Source of the DNA: a virus
Taxonomy: Duplodnaviria > Caudoviricetes
DNA: 64,000 nt
Strand: one strand, 5' to 3'
Virus record (IMG/VR): IMGVR_UViG_3300014205_000170
Location: 320,001-384,000 of that record
Positions 56,601 to 64,000 of this stretch are shown in pieces. The position numbers and the translations under genes are program-made. The notes beneath the pieces are model-generated. The model did not search any database and was not told the origin of the DNA. It worked only from the letters and a program-made list of their open reading frames with translations. Within the stretch, counting starts at the first letter, position 1; each line of letters begins with the position of its first letter.

Positions 56601-56675
56601 ATAGAAATAGAATTAAAACTAGATGGTCGTACCTTACAAAAACTTATTATTGATGATACTAAAATTATTAGTTAA
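53664..56675 (+). CDS. Tape measure protein
   Basis: 1003-aa helical Ala/Gly-rich protein with hydrophobic C-terminal repeats and terminal IELKLDGR; in baseplate block. Confidence 0.8.
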   Translation: MAKELNPKDLKKLLELQERMTKSGVDWSNSMKSSKGFVDSISNQLFGMGSSKFFEEVKFSAEDLSKMSEDVKVLDDALQDASATVNKDFKTALANARRESTKMGVDFNANLNTMLDNLSSTMPEIAKEIADAISSKTFSGMSEEAMKEFRKITKDKEGFNRLEKFFDSKAVKNIKEIEKELGKTNEMLQSNGQTTLKWDKTLNTIAERLTRGFNLNSLRDSVLSYDQTLTDAQKDTGIAFKNNSMGMADLTSYTQQFGLGVKEAGELMGNLGGVLRTTDFNILSEAAKDMAAIGKSTGLSANEVGDLGGQMMLLGKSSKDVSQFAENTMKSAMNFGVNGRKVMQDIVKNLPKFRQMGFQGGEESLKRMAIQAERLGQNIDEIFDMSKRARNIEGALDMASQLQLAGGSFANINPMDLLSAARKGPEELQKILGQMGKDIGKFDKATGQMAFDAVDFDRLQMVADATGMSVDSLQKQITKMNQDASKTELIPPGLFDSLSEEQKAFLLNSVGKDGKLSMSIDGVDDVGKLTTGNIQMELERQAKEKGNLEEQAKQNTSFQESIKNLKDSIMNIFVVFEPVIKALTRFIQWLNAAFSSFGVIGKTVFAVALGGLALLFSAGKQFANGVSFGKGFQSAAGMGGQGGGITSMFKKGGGGGGIPSPSGADAIPDKGKPGGFLESLASGLKAFGKDMAQIIKGAVALSLSALLIGGALVAITAGIAAFGGDATGGQLVTFGLALVGLAGTMFLMSKIMGQVSPADILKGSFAMVVMGAALVPFAFAMQMMSGIPWTQMLASLGIAALAVLALAGIGAIMMTPAGIAFLFGAGALAIAGLSLMVFGASLLVAASGFKAMTEINWDSFSSMGSALLSILPGLLGLAGIGLFAIPSLLLMSFALGSLAAVMSILAPAMSVASMATHSMASGITELKEAIKGLDTSKLESMADAAERLSVGTAIGGLANAISGFAGGKSEKETTVRIAPIEIELKLDGRTLQKLIIDDTKIIS

Positions 56676-56722
56676 TAATAATATGTATTTTTTATTCAAA
56701 TGTATTTAAAATAAACAAAACA

Positions 56723-59700
56723 ATGTCTGATTTTTTTGACGAAACATTAGAGGAACAAGAATCAAGGGAAAAATTTGAATATTTCTTTGGTCAATATTCC
56801 TCTGAAGTAAGGAAAAAATTATTGTCAAAAAACATCCCAAAACCAGACAATTTATATGACATTTTATATACAAAAGTAAGACAAGATTTATTAGCAAAAA
56901 ATGAAACTCAATTTTCTGTTGATATTGATGAAACTGCTAAAGTAGTAAGAAACAATCTTCTTTCTAAACATGTAGAGAATCAAATAAATTTAGATTTATC
57001 AGGAGATAACTACAGACAAACTCAACTTTCTAGAAATGTATTATTAAAATCTACTTTAGATTTAAATGATGTTTCTGATTCTGTTAGACAAAATTTAATA
57101 TCAAAAAATATTCCAATTTCTATTGACCTAGACAAACGTGCTAGTGATGTACGAGAAAAAAATTTAGCAAACAATTCTGAAAAAGATATAAATCTTGACC
57201 AAAATTCTTTGCAAGTTCGTGAAAATTTACTTTCTAAAAATACTGATTCTACAATTGATTTAGATGCGTCTGCTTCTGGTGTGAGAGAGCGTTTGTTAAG
57301 TTCTAATGTAGACAACACAATTAATCTTGATAGTTCTGCTGATAATACAAGAAATATTTTATTATCAAAAAATACAAACAATGAAGTTAATCTTGATAAA
57401 CAAGCAGCTCAAAACAGAGATGCACAAATTTCCAAAAATACAGAATCTGAAATTAATTTAGATTCTATTGCAGACAATATTAGAAATAATATTTTATCAA
57501 AAAACAAAGAATTAAATACAAACATAGATGATATTGCTAATATTGCAAGAGAAAAAAATAAATCTCAAAATGTTGAAAATTTAAAAAATCTTGATGAAAC
57601 GGCTAATGTATCTCGTTTACAACAAATTGCTTCTAATAAAGAAAGTGATATAAATATAGATGCAATTGCAGACAATGCAAGAAAAACACAAAGTTCAAAA
57701 AATCCCGAAGATGTTGTAAATTTAGATAAATTATCCACACCTACAAGGCGTGATATGCTTTCCACAAACGTGAGCTCAGAAATTAATCTTGATGATTCAG
57801 CAGAAAAAACAAGAAATAATTTATTGTCTACAAATAAAGAAGTTGATTCTAAAATAGAATCAATAGCAGAATCTGCAAGAAATACAGAATTATCTTTTAA
57901 TGTAGATACAAGTGTGGATTTGGATAATGCTGCACAAACGCCAAGAAACACTTTACTTGCATCTAACGTCCAAAATAATATTGATTTAGATAACGCTGCG
58001 CAAATACCAAGAAACACTTTATTAGCTGCAAATACGCCTATAGATATTAATTTGGATAACGCTGCGCAAACGCCAAGAAACACTTTATTGGCTGCAAATA
58101 CACCTATAAATATTGATTTAGACAATGCTGCACAAAATCCAAGAAATAATTTATTAGCTGCAAATACACCTATAAATATTGATTTGGATAATGCTGCACA
58201 AACGCCAAGAAACACTTTACTTGCATCTAACGTCCCAAATAATATTGATTTGGATAACGCTGCGCAAACGCCAAGAAACACTTTATTGGCTGCAAATAGC
58301 TCTGCTAATATTGATTTGGATGTAAATTCTGCTCCAACAAGAGCATCGTTATTAGCTACAAATAATCCAAAAAATATTGACTTAGATTCAGATTCTGTAA
58401 TTATAAGAAACAATTTATTAGCAGCAAACACTTCTACTAATGTAAATTTAGATTTAACCGCATCTATTACTCGTAATAATTTGCTTGCGCATAATTCCGT
58501 TACCAGTGTTGATTTAGATATTACAGCTAATCCAATAAGAAATACATTGCTTGCAGCAAATGTAAAAACCGCCAACCCAATAGAAAGCGTTGCAAATGTA
58601 TTCAGACATAATTTATTAAGTAAAAATGATAAAGCCAATGGTTTAGGCACTAATGTATTTTTAGCTGGAACAAGTACATTTATAGGAGTTTCTAATTTAG
58701 AAATAATAAGCGCTCCCATAAGAGGGTTAATGAAATTGAGAGGTAAGTTTTTTGATAACAATACAAATTTGCCGGCACAATATGGTTTAGCTTTATCTTC
58801 TTCTGATGGGATTACACCAACAGCTAAAATAACAAATGCAATTCAATTATATAACTTACAAAAGAATGCATTCATGTCTGTTAGATATGCAGATAAATCA
58901 TCAGGATATAATACGTTAATAAGTCATAATACAGACGGATTTCAACAAATGTTATCTTTATTAGGGAGAATTTCTAGCAAAAGAGAAATTGAAACTAATA
59001 CAACTCCAGCAAATGTTGTTGTTCAAAACCAAGGAGTATATGTAGGTTTGCCTACTACAGAAAGTAATTCATCGCCGGTAACAAAACTTTTAAAACCTCT
59101 TGATGGGAATTTAGGAACAGCGGCATCTATGATGTCAAACACAGTGCCAAGCGATAGAGTAGCGGCAAATTTTAACAAGAATGAAAGAGGTGTTAGTAGA
59201 ATTATTAATACCATTAGAAAAGATTCATCTATTGCTATGGCAAAAAATTATGATTCTCAAAACTCTACTTCTTTTATCATTGGAACAAATTCAGATGGGT
59301 CTAATAAACTTGCTTATAATAGATATACAATTGCAAATCCATATCAACCAAATAAGGATGCCGGAACTTTAGAATTAAGAATTAAAAATTATGCAATATA
59401 CAATGGAAATAAGAGACTTGTTCATACAATGAGTTTTCCTCCATACGTAAAAAGTTTTGCAAATAGCGATAGTGCTAATTGGAATAAGATAGATTATTTA
59501 GGTAGACCAGAACCGATATATACTTATTCAAATTCTAGTAGAGAAGGTTCTTTATCATTTTATGTTTTAACTGATTATTCTCAAGAAGTTGATATTGGGT
59601 ACGATTATGCAAATCAAACTGCTAAGAAAGAAACTTTTAATAAACACTTTACAGACCAAATTAATAAAACTGAAAAATCTTCTGATATTGAAGTTGAAAT

Positions 59701-60415
59701 AAGTGATAAACAAAATCAGTTAGCATCTTATTATGATATGCTTTCAGGAGTTGAAGGTCAGGATGTTGGTGATTTAGCAGGTATACAAAGTAGAATTAAT
59801 GAATTGACACAAGAAATTTCAAATTTAGAAGCAAAACAAAAAGAGATTACAACAGGAAAGGGTTTAGGACCAACTAGAGCGTATAAAGAATTTGATACAT
59901 TAAATGGAAATGTATATAAAACTTTAATTAACAATGGTACAATACAAGACACATCAGGAAATATTGAATTAAGAACAGAAGAAACTGCGCAAAGATTGTC
60001 TAGAATGAAAAAAGATTTATTGTTTCAACCTGGATTTTTCTCAGGAGACAAAGTTGATTTTCTTAATAGAATGGAATTTATAGCTAAATTAACAAGGCCA
60101 GCTAGAAGCTCTTCTAGTGCTGGGTTTTCATTTACATTCCCACCAGTATGTCATATTCAATTAGGTGATTGGTTTAATCATGATGTTATTATAAACAGCG
60201 TTTCTTATGATTATAGTGATGCCCCTTGGACCATTGATGGTGCAAAAGGCAGAACTCAACCTATGTGGACTTTAGTTTCCTTAAGCTTTAATGTTGTGGG
60301 CACTTATGATTCCCAACCAGGACAAAATGTTCCTTTAGCTACAGATATTGGTGGTTTTTATCAAAAAACAATCAAATCAACCGGTGCACCAATAGCTCCA
60401 TCGAAGCAAAAATAA
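56723..60415 (+). CDS. Baseplate / tail-tube initiator-like protein with N-terminal 22-aa repeats
   Basis: C-terminal FPPY, SANWN..DYLGRPEPIYTYSNSSR..SLSF, PPVCHIQLGD. Confidence 0.65.
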   Translation: MSDFFDETLEEQESREKFEYFFGQYSSEVRKKLLSKNIPKPDNLYDILYTKVRQDLLAKNETQFSVDIDETAKVVRNNLLSKHVENQINLDLSGDNYRQTQLSRNVLLKSTLDLNDVSDSVRQNLISKNIPISIDLDKRASDVREKNLANNSEKDINLDQNSLQVRENLLSKNTDSTIDLDASASGVRERLLSSNVDNTINLDSSADNTRNILLSKNTNNEVNLDKQAAQNRDAQISKNTESEINLDSIADNIRNNILSKNKELNTNIDDIANIAREKNKSQNVENLKNLDETANVSRLQQIASNKESDINIDAIADNARKTQSSKNPEDVVNLDKLSTPTRRDMLSTNVSSEINLDDSAEKTRNNLLSTNKEVDSKIESIAESARNTELSFNVDTSVDLDNAAQTPRNTLLASNVQNNIDLDNAAQIPRNTLLAANTPIDINLDNAAQTPRNTLLAANTPINIDLDNAAQNPRNNLLAANTPINIDLDNAAQTPRNTLLASNVPNNIDLDNAAQTPRNTLLAANSSANIDLDVNSAPTRASLLATNNPKNIDLDSDSVIIRNNLLAANTSTNVNLDLTASITRNNLLAHNSVTSVDLDITANPIRNTLLAANVKTANPIESVANVFRHNLLSKNDKANGLGTNVFLAGTSTFIGVSNLEIISAPIRGLMKLRGKFFDNNTNLPAQYGLALSSSDGITPTAKITNAIQLYNLQKNAFMSVRYADKSSGYNTLISHNTDGFQQMLSLLGRISSKREIETNTTPANVVVQNQGVYVGLPTTESNSSPVTKLLKPLDGNLGTAASMMSNTVPSDRVAANFNKNERGVSRIINTIRKDSSIAMAKNYDSQNSTSFIIGTNSDGSNKLAYNRYTIANPYQPNKDAGTLELRIKNYAIYNGNKRLVHTMSFPPYVKSFANSDSANWNKIDYLGRPEPIYTYSNSSREGSLSFYVLTDYSQEVDIGYDYANQTAKKETFNKHFTDQINKTEKSSDIEVEISDKQNQLASYYDMLSGVEGQDVGDLAGIQSRINELTQEISNLEAKQKEITTGKGLGPTRAYKEFDTLNGNVYKTLINNGTIQDTSGNIELRTEETAQRLSRMKKDLLFQPGFFSGDKVDFLNRMEFIAKLTRPARSSSSAGFSFTFPPVCHIQLGDWFNHDVIINSVSYDYSDAPWTIDGAKGRTQPMWTLVSLSFNVVGTYDSQPGQNVPLATDIGGFYQKTIKSTGAPIAPSKQK
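57917..58312 (+). repeat. Six near-identical 66-bp coding tandem repeats within a longer degenerate array (~56800-58630)
   Basis: Unit DLDNAAQTPRNTLLAANTPINI; period 66 nt (57917, 57983, ...). Confidence 0.9.
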
Positions 60416-60488
60416 TCTATTTTAGGTTCAAGATTATTTTGTTCTGTATTATTTATTTTAAACCTCTTTAATTTAACTTTACTTAAAT

Positions 60489-60794
60489 ATGGCAATTAGT
60501 AGATATAGACAATTAATAACACCACAAAGAACAATTCAAACAGTTCCCGGAATTACTATTTCCAATAGAGAAACAGATAAGTTTATTAATTACAATTACG
60601 ATAAAATGAGATTTGATACAATATCAGCTGAAATATACGGTGAAGATATGTATAATTGGCTTATTTCAATTGCGAATCCTGAGTATCCTTTAGAATTTGA
60701 TATACCCAATAATAGTATTATTAGAGTTCCTTATCCTTTAAATGACGCTCTTTTAGAATATGAACAAAAAGTTGTAAATCTTAAAAATAAGTAA
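60489..60794 (+). CDS. Baseplate wedge gp53/LysM-like protein
   Basis: RFDTISAEIYG....WLI.IANP...IRVP. Confidence 0.75.
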   Translation: MAISRYRQLITPQRTIQTVPGITISNRETDKFINYNYDKMRFDTISAEIYGEDMYNWLISIANPEYPLEFDIPNNSIIRVPYPLNDALLEYEQKVVNLKNK

Positions 60795-60797
60795 GAA

Positions 60798-63700
60798 ATG
60801 GGTTTTCAAAAATTACCAACTTCGTTACCAATGGATAAATTGTTTTTAGATGTAAAGCTAGAAGCAATACCTCTATTAGGAACAAATTTGGTTGATTTGA
60901 CTGGAAAGCGAACTTTCACAGTTAGTATGATGAAACAAAATAAAGGTTTTGGCATTATAGATATTAACATTGAAACAAAAGCATCATTACAACCTATTGT
61001 AGATATTACATTTAAAGATTTATATGGTAATACAACATTTGATTCTTTAAACGACTCAAAAGCGACTGGAACTAAAGTGGACTATTCACTATTGTTTGAT
61101 TGGCCACCACCAAAATTCAGATTCACATTTAAAGGTTATCTTGGAAAGCCGGTAACATGGATTATGAATCTTAAAAAAACTCATACAAGATACAATTCTA
61201 GTGATGGTAGTTTTGAAATAAAAGCATCCTTTGTACCAAATCAATGGGGGTTCTTATCTGATATACCATTTTTATATTTGTTAGCTAAAAAAAGATTAAA
61301 AAAAGATTTAGAACAAAAAACAAGCGCAAGTCCTACTGTTGTAACACAAAATAAAATTGAATCTATATTTGATATTATTAAAATTGGTAAAACGATTGAA
61401 ACAAAAACAAAACAAATAACAAAGGAATTCGATAAATTACAAAAACAGCTTTCTGTTTTAAAAGCTAATGCTATTGATGGTTTAATAAATAAAGATTTTG
61501 AGGCCGGAGATGTAATAGATGGGAAAGTATCAGGCAGACAACCGATAAAAGGAATTAAAGGGGTATCCGGACAAAATGATTTAGAAGATTTTAAAACTAT
61601 TACTATTAAATTACCACCAAGTTTAAGTAGAACTGCTGGAGACAACATTAAATTTCAAGAGACTTTAAAATCTCTTAAGTCAAATCCTCAATTAGCACTT
61701 AATGAACACAGAAAAATACTTGCATTAATTGGAAATCCAAATGGAGTTGCTGCGACTATGTTTACATTAGGAAGTGAAGCAGGAGCTAGAGCAGATGAAT
61801 TTCAAAATGATGTTAAAGCTGGTATACAAATTATTGATAACAATTTAAAACTTATAGATGTAGAAACTAAAAGAAGATTATTTGAAACGTCTTCTACTCA
61901 ATTGGGAGCAGTTACTATTTCAGAAGTATTTTCTAGAGTGTCTGCTGATGGTGCTTTTATTTTAGGTTCTATTTTAGATGCTGGTTATACAGGATATTTT
62001 AACCATCCCATAAGGATGCAAAATAAATTACCTAATGGTGATAAATTAATTGGTCGCTTTTTCCCTTTAACTATTGACCAAAATACCGGCGAACAAATTC
62101 CAGCAGTTGATGCAGGAATAAATGACTTAGGTTCTGAAATGGATTTTGTAAGAAAATTCATTGTAGCTATAAGTGAAGGAATTGCCGCAAATCAAACATC
62201 TCAAAATGAAGATGGTTTAGGTTCTCAGGAAAATTTATTAAATGCTCGAATTAGTAATTTAGAGATTATAAATCCTAATCCATACAAAGACAGTAATTCT
62301 CAACAAATTATTGAAAATTTACTTTTAAGGTCAGGTATTGCAGCGTATTTAACTCGTTCTTTTGACCCTAACAAACCTGGAGATTATGATACATCTGTTG
62401 CATCACTACATGCTGACAACGACAGTTCGGAAGAAATAAAACAACTTGCAGATAAAGAATTAAAAAATATTTCTGATTCAATTATATCTTCATTATCAAC
62501 GGAAGATTATAGTGACTTAAAAAACTTCTGTAGATTTATTAATAATTTCTTAGATGTAGACGGCGTTGATTTTCTAAAAGATGGTGAAGAAGAAGATATT
62601 CCATTAACTGCTGCCGAAGTAAAACAATTTGAGGTTCGTGTAAAAAAATCAGACCCTATAAACGGCGATACGTTTGAATCTTTAGGAACAGTAGATAATG
62701 TTTTTAGAAGATTTGTAGGACCAACTTCAATATTTTTTGAAGGACAACCTAAAGGAATTACTGATAGTATAAATTATGATAACTTTTTAGGTGGTTACAT
62801 ATATAATAATAACACATTGTGGATGTTGCCTCAAAATGTATCTAATAAATATAGTTTTGTTGTGTTTAACAATTCTACTAACAGGTCAGCAATAGATTCT
62901 GTTTTTAATAATGATTCTGATTCTGAATTTAACGATAAAGACAGTAAAGAATCTGATGAGCCATTGGGAATAGTAAAATTAACTAATGCTAGTACAGATG
63001 AAAATAAGAATCCAGATGAAATAGTTCGTTTAGAAACTATTAATAAATATATAGACGATAGAACAGTTTTTGATTATTCAAGATTACAAAATCTAAATGA
63101 AATTTCATTAATAAATGACAATTCTATTTTTTATCCTAATACCGATTTGTTAAATGGAGGAAAGGGTGTTTTAATAAAAGACAAATATACTGAAGATACT
63201 ATTGGAAACGGTATTACCTATTTGGTATATTCACATGTAACAAAATCAACAGATTTTAATCCACAATTAGCTTGGGGTCTATTTAAAAAAGATGTGGTAA
63301 CAGATAGAAGAGGCACAAATCAAAGAATATTCTTAAGACGAATTTGTATTGATTTAGAAAATAGAATGAACAAGATAGAGGATGAAAAAAATAATGTTTT
63401 AAGTCAAGTATTAGGAAAAGCACAATCATCTGAGAATTCTTTATACATTCAAATGCATCATATTTTTCACCAATGGGGTGTGTTGGGAAATGTAAGTGTA
63501 CAATCAAGTAACAATTCAGACGGTTCAGGGAAAATATCCGAACAACAAATTGCTACGCCAGGAAAAATGGCATTAAAATTAGAAAATGATTATGGTAGTA
63601 TTGTAGAGATAAATGCATCTGGACAAATTATTGAACAAAGCAATGTAAATGATATTGATACAATTTCAAATCCTGGTGGTACAGTTGTTTCTATGGGGTT

Positions 63701-64000
63701 TCGTTATGATTTTCCAACAGAAAGAATAATGAGTCCTCCATTACCTCCATCACAAAGAACAAATGTAGCACATTCAATTATAAATATCGAACCTCTATAT
63801 AAACCAAATGCAAATACAACATTGCTGAATATTATTCAACAATTATGTACTAAAAATAATTTTATGTTTGTTCCTATTCCTGGGAACCGAGATTATACAA
63901 ATATAAATAACATTTTTACCCCATCTGATACTAATTTACTTCCACCAAATGTTGGAAACGTTTTTCATGTTTTATTTACTCCAACACCTGAGAGTAGAAC
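60798..64000 (+). CDS. Very large virion/baseplate protein (partial, runs off right edge; absent from ORF track)
   Basis: ATG 60798 MGFQKLPTSLP...; GFGIIDINI, P.VDITFKD, PKFRFTFKGYLGK; frame spot-checked at window end. Confidence 0.65.
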   Translation, partial: MGFQKLPTSLPMDKLFLDVKLEAIPLLGTNLVDLTGKRTFTVSMMKQNKGFGIIDINIETKASLQPIVDITFKDLYGNTTFDSLNDSKATGTKVDYSLLFDWPPPKFRFTFKGYLGKPVTWIMNLKKTHTRYNSSDGSFEIKASFVPNQWGFLSDIPFLYLLAKKRLKKDLEQKTSASPTVVTQNKIESIFDIIKIGKTIETKTKQITKEFDKLQKQLSVLKANAIDGLINKDFEAGDVIDGKVSGRQPIKGIKGVSGQNDLEDFKTITIKLPPSLSRTAGDNIKFQETLKSLKSNPQLALNEHRKILALIGNPNGVAATMFTLGSEAGARADEFQNDVKAGIQIIDNNLKLIDVETKRRLFETSSTQLGAVTISEVFSRVSADGAFILGSILDAGYTGYFNHPIRMQNKLPNGDKLIGRFFPLTIDQNTGEQIPAVDAGINDLGSEMDFVRKFIVAISEGIAANQTSQNEDGLGSQENLLNARISNLEIINPNPYKDSNSQQIIENLLLRSGIAAYLTRSFDPNKPGDYDTSVASLHADNDSSEEIKQLADKELKNISDSIISSLSTEDYSDLKNFCRFINNFLDVDGVDFLKDGEEEDIPLTAAEVKQFEVRVKKSDPINGDTFESLGTVDNVFRRFVGPTSIFFEGQPKGITDSINYDNFLGGYIYNNNTLWMLPQNVSNKYSFVVFNNSTNRSAIDSVFNNDSDSEFNDKDSKESDEPLGIVKLTNASTDENKNPDEIVRLETINKYIDDRTVFDYSRLQNLNEISLINDNSIFYPNTDLLNGGKGVLIKDKYTEDTIGNGITYLVYSHVTKSTDFNPQLAWGLFKKDVVTDRRGTNQRIFLRRICIDLENRMNKIEDEKNNVLSQVLGKAQSSENSLYIQMHHIFHQWGVLGNVSVQSSNNSDGSGKISEQQIATPGKMALKLENDYGSIVEINASGQIIEQSNVNDIDTISNPGGTVVSMGFRYDFPTERIMSPPLPPSQRTNVAHSIINIEPLYKPNANTTLLNIIQQLCTKNNFMFVPIPGNRDYTNINNIFTPSDTNLLPPNVGNVFHVLFTPTPESR

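Noticed and set aside
57917-58312. CRISPR array
   Set aside because: In-frame 66-bp coding repeats with no unique spacers
57022-58761. Minus-strand ORFs of 119 and 398 aa
   Set aside because: Antisense shadows of the repetitive + strand gene
61241-63507. Minus-strand ORFs 61241-61648 and 63283-63507, and other short nested ORFs in the track
   Set aside because: Nested within or antisense to longer genes with recognisable motifs

Overview
This AT-rich window comes from a large T4-like (myovirus, probably jumbo) phage genome. The host is most likely Bacteroidota, judged from TTTG-N19-TAnnTTTG promoters and the absence of Shine-Dalgarno motifs. The standard genetic code is used. Virion genes lie in three blocks: tail fibre, tube, sheath and neck (1-9.5 kb, minus); capsid, scaffold and protease (35.8-39.7 kb, minus); baseplate and tape measure (48.5-64 kb, mostly plus). 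Between them are accessory genes: a PspA-like/OmpA-SBP/ABC transporter module, a nicotinamidase, RNA repair enzymes, DnaE, 16 tRNA genes, a minimal ValRS and a GlnRS. The main discovery is at 22.1-29.0 kb, where three unannotated leader peptides each overlap an antiterminator strand and precede an intrinsic terminator, forming ribosome-stalling attenuators. A Val-rich leader gates ValRS. A Gln7 leader gates four tRNA-Gln genes plus GlnRS. A mixed leader, whose codons match the anticodons of up to 9 of the 11 downstream tRNAs, gates the main tRNA array. This looks like a phage circuit that senses loss of specific charged tRNAs and expresses replacements on demand. The sequence layout is observed directly; the function is inferred. 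Other candidates include a ~300-nt structured ncRNA, a kinase with permuted lobe order, degenerate tail-tube paralogs and three promoter classes. All family calls are from motif recognition by eye; no searches were run.
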